From Bigelowiella natans CCMP2755 (lineage: Eukaryota; Protista; Cercozoa), in contig ADNK01001071.1 in assembly GCA_000320545.1 (NCBI GenBank), positions 56,541-120,540 on the forward strand: a stretch of 64,000 nucleotides of DNA, in the 5' to 3' direction. Each line of letters opens with the position of its first letter. Position 1 is the stretch's first letter. Made by a program: the position numbers and the translations under genes. Positions 26,250 to 38,144 of this stretch are shown in pieces. Under the pieces are notes generated by a model, which was not told the origin of the DNA, did not search any database, and worked only from the letters and a program-made list of their open reading frames with translations.

Positions 26250-29200
26250 CTAAAGTATCTACAACACGGCAAGTAACCAGTGCGGAAAGGCTGCATAGTT
26301 GTAGGAGTTGAGGAGCCTACAAGATCCTCCGCAATCTTCCGCACAGCTTTGTTGCTAGTGTCGGCGACGTAGAGGAACGTCTGTCCTCTAAGACTCACGA
26401 CAGTGTCCATTGGATTGTTAAAGCGGGATTCCTTCGCATAACCGTCTCGCAGATTCATTGGTCTTCCTACTCCAGCGACACGGTCAACCTTCCTTGTCTT
26501 GAGGTCAAAGCTGCGGATCATTGAATTGCTTTCATCTGTTACGTAGAGGATCGCTGGCGACCGATTACTGTCGATCTGGATTCCGCGCGGGTTGAAAAAC
26601 TTGGCAAGCGTCGCCGCCCCATCTACCATTCCGTACGAGTTGCGAACGCCAGCGAGCGTGTTTACCGAATACGTACGAAGGTTAACTTCTCGGATGAGGT
26701 GGGAGTTGTACTCAGTCACGTACAAGATGGGAGCCTGGCTGCCATCCGGGGTGACACATAAAGAAACCGGGTGGGAAAGCTTCGCAGTGGATAGCGAGCC
26801 GTCCACTTGCCCCGATGTGCTTCCGACGACGGTTTCAACCTCGCGCGTCATCGATAGCTGTGAGACCATCCTGATCCTATGGTTGTTATAGTCGGCGACG
26901 TATATGTGAGGCCCCTCCGTCCCCGTTTTGATGTGCACGGCAACGTCTTTCGGAGCATTGAAACGCGCAGCAGGGCCGTTGCCATCGGCGTATGCCCCAG
27001 AAGCCTTGCCTGCGATCGTGTCCATGGTTTCTGCCTCAATGTCCATCATGCGGACGCTGTGGTAGTTGTCATCAGCGATGAACAGCAAGCTTTTCCCTTT
27101 CCAACGGACGAAGTCAAGCCCCTCGGCTGGACCAATCCGAGAATTCATGGCAGCCTAAAATACAAATGACAGGAGCGCGAGATCAAATCAACTCTCTCTC
27201 AACTTAACAGACAGGCAATAGAAAGGGGGACTAGAAAGAAGGGCGTAAAAGCAGCAAGACGGCTATCGCCATTTTCGATTACAATTGGCACTACTCATAC
27301 TGCAACTTGTATACATCTCATACCCCGTCAATACAGCCAGCAGAGCCCGTGCCGGCTATAACTTTGTGCGTCTGGTCTCCGGGCTTAACCATCCTGAGCT
27401 TGTAATCTGACGTAACGAGGTATATCCTCCCCGTTTCCGGGTCCATCGTTATGCTCTGCGGATTCATGATACTGGCGGTCGTCGTCGTAATCGCATCCAG
27501 CGCATGGAGGCCGATGCCACGGCTGGTTGGCGCAGATGTACCCTTTTGAGGCGACCTAGTCACAGGAGAGACAGAGGGTGCCCCAGCGGCTGTTCCCTGT
27601 TTGACGGTGCGAATGCGGCCATTGTTCATGTCAAGAACAAATACAGTTTTTGTGGCGCTATCGACAGATATCTCCCGTAGGTAATTAAAACGTGCTGTTG
27701 ATCCAGGGCCGTCGCGGGCAGTCCCTAGCTCGGTTGTTCCTATGGATATGAAGGCCGCCCATTCCGACATGAGGGATTAGGGTAATATAATTATGATATA
27801 TCGAAAATACACATACGCGCGCGCGCGCGCGCACACACACACACAAACTATATGTATGATAGAGAAAGCATGTGTGCCTACTTTTGCGCAAGCAGTAAAT
27901 TACACAAAGTGGTGAGGATGCACGAGATTCAGACATACAGTTGGGCTGCCTAACACTCTCCCTCTCCTACTAACTGCTGCTAATACTATAAAGCATGTAC
28001 TGACCTGCAACAAGCACGGTTTGCTGGGTAGAAAGGTCGATACAGCGTACCATGTGATTCCCATATTCAGAAATGTAGAGATTGGGCGGGGTGACTGACG
28101 TATCAGCTACAATCCCGTAGGGTTGGGTGAACTGTGCTAAACTTGCACTTCCATCGATTTCGCCAGGAGCCCCTGATATCCCAGCCAGCGTCGAGACCTT
28201 CGGAGGAAATGGAAATGCAACAGAGAAAATGGAGATTAGTATAAATCGATGCCAACCGAATAGGTAACATGATCACATAAAAATCTCAAGCCCGTTGAAG
28301 ACTCCAGTCACCGCCGATGGAGAATGATAAAATGTAACTGGCGACGATTGATGAAGAATCACATGTATCACTCGTCCCTTATTTCCGACCCTAGCCTACC
28401 TGTTGCGTGGCGAAATCAAGTTTCCTGATGATATGGTTGGAAAAATCTGTAACGTAGAGGACAGGATTGGCAGCCGCAGAATTCTCAAGTGTGAGACTAT
28501 TAGGGCTGTTGAACGTCGCTGTCGAAAAGGCGCCGTTTGCGGAGCCTGCTGATCCTCCTGCAACTGTATCAATAGTACTCGCGGCGGGGTTGAAAACACG
28601 AATTGCGTGATTATTTGAATCCGCGATGTAAATCTTAGTAGTGCCAGAGTAGACGTGCAGGGCCAGCTGTCGCGGCCGGTGCAGTGCGCTGCTCAGTGCA
28701 GGCCCATCGGATCTAGAATGTTTCACAAAGGAACAATTTAGCATATGGGATATGAATGGGAATTCAAGCTTATCGAGGAGAGAGGGAGGGTGAGGTTTTG
28801 CTGTGGGGGAAACTATTTTTGTCAGCCTAGCAACAAATTTATCAAATCCAAATTCACTTCCGCACCCCTTCCCCACTCTCTCTAACAGTTGTGTGCATGA
28901 GAGTAAGGAGGTGAATACAAGACCTTCCGGCAGAGCGTGTTCCAGCAACGCGATGTGTAGTCACGATTTCGATACCTAAAGCAGGGGCAGATAGCTCAGA
29001 TAACGTGTGTTTGCGGGACGAAGTGGAGTGTTGATTCAAGATCTTTTCAAAGTATAATAATTACAACAATAGCTATGATACTGCTGATGATGATGATGAT
29101 AATGATGACAATGACGATGTTTATAGTGGTTATGATGACGGTGAATAAACAAACCTCGCAGATTTCTTATATCAAGCTTTCGAATAAGGTGATTCGCAGA

Positions 29201-29346
29201 ATCCGCTACATAGAGAACCTACATTGTCGCAAACATGCAAAACCAGTCAGTTTTCGCGAAAGCACATCACAATATGCATTTTTCTTTACTATTGTGCACG
29301 AAATATTTTTATCGTAAGTTGAATGACTGTGTTGGTCTATGGTATT

Positions 29347-29384
<38 letters not shown>

Positions 29385-30329
29385 TTAGTACGCATTATAT
29401 TTGTCTGCTCATGGTCGAACCAGGTTGGAAAATTCCCTCGTTGCTACGACTCCTTCTGGTGTATTGAACTTGGACTGTTTGAAATACATTACCGAAGTGA
29501 GTACAGATCATCTCATCGCATTCTATAATAAGGAAACAAGTTGAAAGAGATAGTACGTGAGTTCCAATGCCGTCATTAAAACCAGCGGAACTCTTGGTCC
29601 CTGGTTAAGTGCACAAAACATATATTGAAATATTAGTTGAACAACTGCATCATGCAAAAGGAAAATACCTGCAAATGAACCCGCGAGGCCACTAGTTGGG
29701 TTCACACGATATATTTCATGCGTCTGAACAATGATGGTGGTTAGACCGTGGCGCTTGGAATACTTAATTCTATGATAAAGTCAATTACACTTGTGGTGAC
29801 GTAAAGGTATTTTCCCACAGAATCGAATACAGAGGCTTTCGTCCCCGAGAGGCTATGTCCGAAATAATTTAATTTTGGTAAAGAATCAATGAGCTCATTT
29901 GATTAAAAATTGTTGCGTGAAGATGTCAGACCTGGAGGTGAGACTGCTGACAATAGAGTTATCAGCAGTAATGACCCCGCCTATTCCAAAGCGAGAATAA
30001 AATGCGTTACAACAACTTTTTCATGAATTGGAGATTGAAGTCGGTACTTACTTCTGACATTAGGTGCAGCCTGTAACTGGACCTGCTGGATCAAGGACGC
30101 GGACGGCCATATATTCGTGGAGTCCGGGATAGATTGGCCCTGATACATCATCGTTAGAAATATTTTCATGTACAGTTGCATGAAGAACCTTTACTAAATT
30201 CCTTTTGTTAGAGCCTGCGCCTACAACAGATAATAATATACAGCAACATGAGGAATCAACGGTCTCAAGCTACATTTAATTATTCATACCATCAAAGTAG
30301 ATGACAAAGAATAGAGCTATCCAAATCAT
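1..30329 (-). CDS. Giant secreted tandem NHL-repeat (beta-propeller) protein, >=22 propeller modules with Pro/Thr linkers and PAN/Apple-like inserts; 3' end runs off the window
   Basis: Hand-spliced GT-AG model, exons 5'->3': 30290-30329, 30189-30220, 30052-30139, 29932-29980, 29789-29852, 29669-29723, 29557-29600, 29421-29474, 29155-29218, 28924-28975, 28400-28712, 28005-28197, 27324-27739, 26278-27154, 25052-26130, 24750-24839, 24305-24585, 22841-24200, 22009-22550, 18895-21804, 18604-18770, 17959-18433, 17718-17839, 17066-17575, 16589-16780, 16256-16448, 11672-16133, 8794-11540, 7960-8605, 3993-7816, 2472-3749, 1095-2325, 1-934. Phases join consistently apart from one extra base near 3160, giving ~25.4 kb CDS. 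The N-terminus MIWIALFFVIYFDGAGS looks like a signal peptide. The repeat consensus AGxGxxGxxDGxxxxARFxxPxGixxD...LYVADxxNHRIRxID is an NHL repeat. Confidence 0.92.
13845..14315 (-). other. Two tandem PAN/Apple-like Cys-rich domains inserted in propeller module 11 of the giant NHL protein
   Basis: Sequences CVDDFPASGYSSEVSFCAEQCRQEGSCKSFYAYAKPAGRCCMH and CTNSFSSSGQSDEVKYCADVCAGAYRCTSFWVYTRSYSSPGRCCMK show the C-x3-C-x5-C-x2-F...C-x-hydrophobic pattern typical of PAN/Apple domains. Confidence 0.7.
21090..21300 (-). other. Single PAN/Apple-like Cys-rich domain inserted in propeller module 6 of the giant NHL protein
   Basis: CSTDFPTSGYHDEIQHCLDLCKASLTACTHFWVHDKTHAEPGKCCLHAGY...GAYYKV, clearly homologous to the two inserts at 13845-14315. 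Confidence 0.7.
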
Positions 30330-30638
30330 CCTGGAGGCTGGTAGATGCTAGGAGGATCTCAGGCAGCTCGCAATAGGATCAGCCAGCTCCCATTGCCATT
30401 AGAGCCTCCATCCACGCTTCGTTTCAATAGTAGGGTTTGAATATACAGTGTTTATTTTGCAGGAGATTTTACCCATCCGTCAACAAATACGAGGCATTTC
30501 CAACAGGAATGTCGAATCATCAATGAAATCAGAGTATCTTGAGCGTAACTGGTCAAACAGCCTCGACAAACCAACACATCGCGTTTATGAGGGCCGTGTG
30601 GTGAAAACTTTTGTCGTCGTACATGGTTTAGCCTAATT

Positions 30639-31804
30639 ATGAAGTAAGTGATTGAAACCGATTGAAAAGATTAACTTCTTCTACATAAAATTTTTTATAA
30701 GTCATATTTGCATGACGTTGGGTTGAAACAAAAGATATTTTCTTTTTTTTGGCAGCACCGTAGCACCGTTTCGTTTTTTTTCTTCGGAAAAGCTGGAAAA
30801 TGTTCTCCGGACTGCTTTGGAGGAAAATCACGACCATTTGCTGAGTGCGGCAGGGTCGGCAGGATGGCAGGCCTGCCGATTGTCCTGCCGATATTCGCGG
30901 TAGTGTCGGAATTTAAGGCCTGCCGATTGTCCTGCCGATATTCGCGTGGAATTTAATAAATCGGTCGAATTTCCCTGCCGGCAGGGAGCGAGACTCCATC
31001 CCACCAGTGCGCTTCCCTGCCGGCAGGAAAATCCCCGGGGATTTCCGGGGACCCAGCGTTGCCTTCATGGAACTTTCATAATCTGCACTGCTCCATCCAA
31101 ATACATCGCAAAAATTTGTCCTAAATTTTGACTACTGCTCACTGATCACACCGCGATTACCAAGGCAATCCCCGCGACTGTCAGCAGATGCCGGCAGGCC
31201 TGCCAAATCAGGCCAGAGTCAGAGAGTAAAACTCCAAATCCTTCCGACACTGCCACCCTGCCACCCTGCCGGCAGGGTCGGACTCTGCCGCACTTAGCAA
31301 ACGGGTCATCAATTTGAAGAGAGAATACATGACTGTCTCTGGAGACGACATGGAGTCTGGGAGGATATCAAGGCTGGATCTGGAGATGACATGGAGTCTC
31401 GAGTAGATATCCGTGAACAGAACGCATTTCATATTCGGCTTCTAACTGATCGATCCCCTTTCCCCCGCCCTGAGAGGCCGTGTGTGCTCTGCTTTTCCCT
31501 CGATACATGTTTCCAAGCATTGTTAAAAATGTAATGTTGGAAAGTAGGACTGCGAGCGTTGGAGGGCGGAGGCAAAAGCGGCAGGCGAATCATGAGGTGG
31601 TTTCGAGCGCTAGTTTTGTCTCTGAGACGAAATTCTGATTTTGACTTTCTGGATCCCTTTCCGGCGATGATCCACCATGAATTTTTAGAGGTACGGAAGG
31701 GAAGGCCAGAAGAAAGGAGAAGAATATGCAGGCTCAAATACGTCGTCGAGTTCAGGTTGTTCAGATGATAATATTTAAGCTGCTCTTCTAGTATAGCATA
31801 GTAA

Positions 31805-31840
<36 letters not shown>

Positions 31841-34068
31841 AAATTAGGGCACTGGGAAAAGAGATCGAAATGCAAGATACCAGAATCGATTCAAAGGTAT
31901 TTAGGAATCGTGTCTAATCGAAATCTCTGGTCCTAATGGGGTGGGTCGGTAGATCTTATGGTTGACATCTTGCTGTCTCTTTTGTAGCGGGAACCTCTCT
32001 CGTCTATTTGGGGTCCACAGATAAAGCTGAAGGTGCTTTCACAGTAGCAGAACCCTTTACTTTCACCTTCTATATTCAGCTAACCATAATCTTCCACTGT
32101 AAGATTTGCTCCCTCACAAGTCTAAACTCCCGGAAATTGCAATATTCGGCCGCTCGAACGTGGTGATGTGAGAAGAAAAATGCTTTTTTCAAACATCTCG
32201 ACCGTCTGCATAAATCTGACCATCTTTATTACTGATTTTATGGTTTGTTCAGGGAAAGTCTAGTTTAATGAATATCCTGACTGGGCGCAAGGTTCGTATT
32301 TGCATATCAAGCACGTCATCGTCCTAAATTATCTAATCTTCTTCTTCTTCTTCTTCTTCTTCTTGTACTTATACTTGCAATCACTTTATAAGAAAATGTG
32401 CGTGGTCTCGAAGCGCCCTGGATGCACGAAGGTTTAAAATTTTAGCAGCCAGTTTTGCTTTTAATTAAGAGTTCGTGTTCTTTTTTCTTTTTTCTGTGGA
32501 TGTATATTTCAGGCTCTCCATTTCTTCTGTCTCAAAAATTCGTTCTCGCTCGTAGATACTCCCGGCTACGGTAAAAAACAGCATTGCACCGCCACTCCTC
32601 GTCGTTGGTATTAATCCCATCCGCTACCATCATCGTCATCGTCGTCGTCACTTATGTTCAGGTTTCGCAAGAGGAATGACCCCACAGAAGATGGAGCAGT
32701 TATGGAATCTGATATGGTTGTACGTAACCAAGGTGCGTCAGCAGCTTAACCACTCGGATTCACAATATGTAGTCGAAATATCGATCTAGATTCTTACTAC
32801 CCACAGCTGTACTAGTAAAAATAATTGCGTTTGACTAGGATTCAATTGATATCCTGTATCACTATAAATATTAGGGAAGGCTGCTCAGAGGGGGGCTAGT
32901 ACTTCTTGACGCAAGACGAAATCTGGGGAGCACGGAACTAGGTGCCGCCATTTCCTTCATTCTAGTCACTACGTATTGTTTGTAGTAGAACAGTACTACG
33001 AACAGGAGAAACTCTGGTAGTCGGTAGATGGTGGTAGTAGCAGTAGTAGTAGAAGTAGAGTGCAGTTAGTAGTGGTAGTACAAGATGAGCAGCGTTGGAA
33101 CAGTCAGGAGGTAGACAATAAGGAAAGTGCAATTTTCGCTGCGATGAGGCTAGGGTATTGTCGTGAATTATAACTTTTAAGATGAGGCTAAATATGCTTT
33201 GAAACACACACAAAGTACACGCACGCACACACACACACACACACACACACATATTTATATTATATATACATATAAAATACTGCAGACCTGTTGAATATCT
33301 TCAAGGAGCGCGATCTTCCCATATGCCTAGTGCGCACAAAGATGGACAAGATGAACAAGGCACGCGGGCATGCCATTCTCACGGAGACCGCGCAGCAACT
33401 AGCTGATGGTAGGTCCAAAGTTGTTGCAGCTGTAGTGGATATGATGGTGGTGCGGATTGTGTAGAAGACGACTGTTTCGTCATGGTGCCTAGTATTTTTC
33501 TACGAGGAAGCTTGGATGTACACAATTCGCGATGCGAGCACGATTCTGTTATAGAGCTTCTATGTTGGAGGGCACATTGTTAAAAGCGTTTGTCTACCAC
33601 CCACAACAGCAAATCTCAAGGCCTCGGTGGTAGGAGTCTCCTCCCTTAAACAAACCGGTATCTGGCTATGCACGTATTACCCCAACAACATCATAGATCC
33701 AATCATGCATCCACCACTATCATCAGCAGTATACATAATTATGACTTACGTCGTTGACGCCCGCCGCGCCCTTGCGGATAATACACAGGAATTGTTGAGC
33801 TTTGGGCGCGTATTCGTAGCATGGCATCATCCGGTACCCATCCAGTCCCGCGGCAAACTCATTTTTTTAGATTTAACGGTGGCTCATAGAACTGCTATTT
33901 CACTGCGTAGGGAACCGAAAAGCCCGAGCTGCTTCCGACGGAACGATGCCGTCAAATCCGGGACACCTTGCTGACAAAAACGAAGGCGAAGGAGAGCTCG
34001 AAAACGATGAGCAGGAAGAAGAAGACGAAGAAGAAGATGATGATGATGATGATGGTGATGATATATAG
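30639..34068 (+). CDS. engB: EngB/YihA (YsxC)-type ribosome-biogenesis GTPase with acidic C-terminal tail; multi-exon, 5' end uncertain
   Basis: Spliced exons give LPEIAIFGRSNV|GKSSLMNILTGRK (G1, ~32130-32290), VSKRPGCTK (G2, ~32400-32430), FSLVDTPGYG|FARG (G3, ~32550-32670), LVLLDARR (~32900), LVRTKMDKM (G4, ~33330-33350) and VGVSSLKQTG|IVELW (G5), then a D/E-rich tail ending TAG at 34068. The 5' exons are tentative: ATG 30639 with GTAAGT donor at 30644, acceptor 30755, then 31548-31596, 31689-31755, 31848-31896. Confidence 0.85.
30831..31308. mobile_element. Non-autonomous DNA transposon (MITE), possibly PIF/Harbinger-like
   Basis: Imperfect ~28 bp terminal inverted repeats: left cgaccatttgctgagtgcggcagggtc versus reverse complement of the right end tgacccgtttgctaagtgcggcagagtc. 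TCA is duplicated on both flanks (30828-30830 and 31309-31311). Internally there are repeated palindromes ccctgccggcagg(g) and a direct repeat gcctgccgattgtcctgccgatattcgcg, and no transposase ORF. Confidence 0.7.
31338..31412. repeat. Two-copy tandem duplication (period 41 bp)
   Basis: tctggagacgacatggagtctgggaggatatc at 31338 and tctggagatgacatggagtctcgagtagatatc at 31379. Confidence 0.8.
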
Positions 34069-34145
34069 GAGGAGGAAGATCGATGAGATGTGAAAAGGAA
34101 CCCCACTGATAGTTGGAAACAGTATGATTAAGATAGAAAATATAG

Positions 34146-34181
<36 letters not shown>

Positions 34182-34814
34182 CCCATGTAAGAATCGAGAA
34201 ATGAATTTGTAAAAAGAGTAGTTTTTCTCCTAGTCTAATGATTATTTGCGTAGAATTTTCTTTCCTTAATGACTACGATGCAAGTGTGCTATACCCTTGC
34301 TCATAAAGGACAATGGGTGTCGATAATAGACACAGTAATATCATATATACAATAATGTCGTATGAAAGATCTGACGATACTACCATTTATATTTTCCAAA
34401 GATGGCTGCATAACTAGACAAGCAAGAAAAAATGTTTTTATTTAGAAAACCATACAGATCATAGTAAGAATGTTGTGAGCGTGGTGTAATGTCTAAGACA
34501 TGCATGCTGTCGCAGCGCTCTACGTATGTGTATGCCTGAGCAACTGCGGTTTATATGCTACGGCAGCGCTTCGGACATGTCGCCCATTCATGATAAATAA
34601 TAGTGCGGCATAAGTTGATAAAACTACAGAGGCAAAATTGAGGGTGCGGGCACGCAGCGCTGCACTGCACTGCTTCAGGTGCGACGCTTGCCCGCGAGAT
34701 CATGTGAGTCAGAGATGTTGCTATACGTTTTTCTAAATGCTGTACATTCCCCTCGTCACATTTATATTCGTCCATAATTTAAATCAGCACTGCCTACTAC
34801 GAGTCGCTGCGTTT

Positions 34815-35043
34815 CTACTTGTCCATCGATGGCTTATTCGATGCTGTCGCCTTTATCATCTCTGAGGGATCCCCCCCGAGTCTTTCAATCATCTCTTGAA
34901 CAAACTTAAAGCCAGGGGCCTGCGACAAGATTACAATGATAAGTACATTCGGTGAAAAGTACGATTAGGCAACTGCTTTCTCGGCAAAAAATAATGACTG
35001 AAAATTCTCTTCTCTACCGCCTACTTCGATGGCTGAAATATGC

Positions 35044-35085
<42 letters not shown>

Positions 35086-35563
35086 TATATAATATATATA
35101 TATATATATATATGTTATTTATTATACACTCGTTTACTGCATTTAATATATGCAGCAGCACCTTCCTAGCTGCAGGATTTTTGGAGCAAGAGCTTATAAA
35201 CTTCTCGACCTCCATTTTCAGCGCCCACTCCTCTCTGGATCTACGGGGAGGGGATATTGGAACCCAAAAAAACCGAAGAATATGACAATGATGAAGGAGA
35301 GGAGTAAAATCGAGGAGGACGCATTGATTCGTTTATTAGGTCGGTGTAACATCCTCGCGGCCTACTACAGAAAGCTGAGAAAAACAGTGTTTGATGACGT
35401 ACAAGGCGGGTCCTGAGAACTCTCGGTCGAGAAGATATCCGCTCACGGTCGACGTCTCCAGGCTCACACGATCGAGGAATATCTCGAGAAGTCTGGCTGC
35501 CTGTGTTGTTGTAGTTTTTTGTGATAGTAGCAGTATATAATACATATATATTGAGATATAAAA

Positions 35564-35639
<76 letters not shown>

Positions 35640-35819
35640 GAAACGAGAAGGAAAGACGGCGTACAGGTTTATCAAAGTCATTATCGTTATTAGAGTCTTC
35701 GCCTCCTAGTTTTGCTTGCTAACACAACGCACACCACTTTCCTTCGCTGCTGCCACTGCTACTGCTGCTTCATCGGTGCTGCCACCGTCAATACCTCCTT
35801 GATTTTCATCTGTTCTGGA

Positions 35820-35852
<33 letters not shown>

Positions 35853-36209
35853 ACTTCTTTCACCGCGTCCATAACGATCATATTCAGGTCTGGCCACAGG
35901 TCCTGGAAGTGGTTACGATGTAGTTGTTGTTGAAAATACGTTGTAAGAACAGCTGCTATCAAGCATCATTAGACGGAGACGAGTGTTGGTCCCTGCAATG
36001 GAGGTGTTCTCCTCTAATTCCTTTCTTCCCTAATCGCGTTGTTGTTGTTGTTTTAATCGTTGTTGCTTTTATCGATGTTGCTCTCACCTCCAGGAAAGGG
36101 CGATCCGTGAGGCTCAAAACCGTTCCGAAGCGTCTCGGTTGAGACTCAGCACCCTCCTCGCTGTCCCAGCACATCTCGCTTTCAACGCCACTGCAGTCCT
36201 GATAAAACA

Positions 36210-36245
<36 letters not shown>

Positions 36246-37501
36246 TATGGGAGATGGGAATCGTAACGTAGTAGTACCAAGAAGAGTCAGCGCTGTACTC
36301 ATCATGTTGTCGAAAAGGGGTAGGGAGGAGGAGGGAATGGGGATGCATTTTTGTCAAACAAAAAAGGCAAATGAATGGTCTCTTTTGCTTTGGACGCATT
36401 GACAGCTACCAGGTGGGGAGGGTTGAAAGCAGTTCTCATTGTAGTCGCAACTTTGTGGAAGTTCTCGTCCTATTAAATCAGGCATATATCAGCGGCGTTA
36501 AACGGAATTTGCATCATGATGATGATGGTGATGATGACGTTGGTGGAAATGCCAGTGCTACTTAACCACCTGCAGCGAAAAGCCAACAAATAGCATGTGC
36601 TTTGTGATGAGTAAAGCTTGCACGATGCTGATGGTGACGTTGATAATAACGATGATGGGGAAAATTAATCACAACTCGATTTTGTGCTACGATCGAAACG
36701 TAGCAATGACAATAATAAAGTGTGTCTCGCCATCAGAATTACGAGCATTAATGAATCTTCATCAAATATCACTGTCTTCCTCGTTTTCTCATCTTCTTCC
36801 TCCTCCTGCTCCTTGGCATCATCGTAATCGTCATCATCCTCATCCTCCTCCTATCACGCAGCGCCACTACCACCCACCCACCCACCCAGATAGAGCCTTT
36901 CGTCTATCGTCGTATCGGTCGACTTGTTCCCGTGTCAAGACAATATCCTGAGGACAAGAGATAGATATCAGCATGTTACTGCAGCGCGCTGCCGTCATTA
37001 TTTCTCTGCCGACTGTCTTTTGCTGGAATAAATGTGGCGAGCGTCATCATCATCCTTTGCCCTCGCGCATGGCATGCATGGCATATGCCCTCTTCCCTCT
37101 CCCCGCACTATTTCTGGTACAATTTCTCACCTCAGGATGATTTACATCGCCATGAAGCTTGAGAATCCATTTGGAATTGGGTGTGCGGACTTCGTAGGGC
37201 AGCGCGTATATAGGTTGCTGAGAGGGGGGGGATAGAGAGAAGTGAAAAGAACAACACGGCACACATCGAAGTAATACTCCACACAAATCGTATCTGCACC
37301 CCGCCTACAGCGGAAGAAGAACATGTCTCGCTCATCCTGCCCCCCGCCCTGCATTATTACCTGTGAGGCCCTGCAGGCGTCCTCAAACATGGTGTCGTAG
37401 TTTGTGGTCACGATGGCATCAACAGGGATGTTCGACAAGAGACTGCGGTCAAAACGTAATCAACAACAATAACAACTAGCCTATAAATACCACAATATTT
37501 G

Positions 37502-37577
<76 letters not shown>

Positions 37578-37726
37578 ACCCATCGCACAACCCCACCTAT
37601 GCATCATCGAATGTCTCGACGTAGTGAGCAAATGTGCTATCTCACGCTGCATCCACGTGCATCGTTCACCCGTCGGAGTAACAGGCAAGTTCCAGCTATT
37701 GATGTGGTTGCCTTCCATCCCACATT

Positions 37727-37759
<33 letters not shown>

Positions 37760-37770
37760 GGTGCGGGAGA

Positions 37771-37813
<43 letters not shown>

Positions 37814-38109
37814 ACGTATATCGACCAAATTGTTTATAATGTTGTACTTGTTCTCCACCCCTCCCCCCCCTTTTCCCACCGATGCAAAGTGCACGTACAT
37901 GCATATCACACAACCGGTAAATGCGGAATTCAGCAGCACAAACAAAGTAAATAGGCCGGTCTTCCTTCTCCTCCTTCTCCTCCCCTCTCCCTCTTATTCA
38001 TCTTTTCCTCCTTTTCTTTAATTAAAAGAGAGAATTCACTACCTCCCTCTTCCAGCTTGTTGTTGTACTTCATTTCCAGGCGCTGCTCGATAACTTTCGC
38101 CTGATGATA

Positions 38110-38144
<35 letters not shown>

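Noticed and set aside
4001-27169. Many long plus-strand ORFs (e.g. 8859-9908, 349 aa; 11696-12490, 264 aa) antisense to the giant NHL gene
   Set aside because: These are shadow ORFs produced by codon usage on the coding strand. They have no recognisable domains and lie within the sense-strand exons.
1-28948. Treating the NHL ORF fragments as a cluster or operon of ~20 separate genes
   Set aside because: Every fragment boundary has a phase-compatible GT-AG intron that restores the repeat consensus, and only one signal peptide is found, at the far 5' end.
1-30329. Teneurin or Rhs/YD toxin identity for the giant protein
   Set aside because: No YD-repeat shell, EGF repeats or Rhs core motif in the visible part. 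The unseen C-terminus cannot be judged.
30831-31412. CRISPR-like array from the repeated palindromic motifs
   Set aside because: No regular repeat-spacer periodicity and no cas genes, in a eukaryotic context. TIR/TSD structure explains it better.
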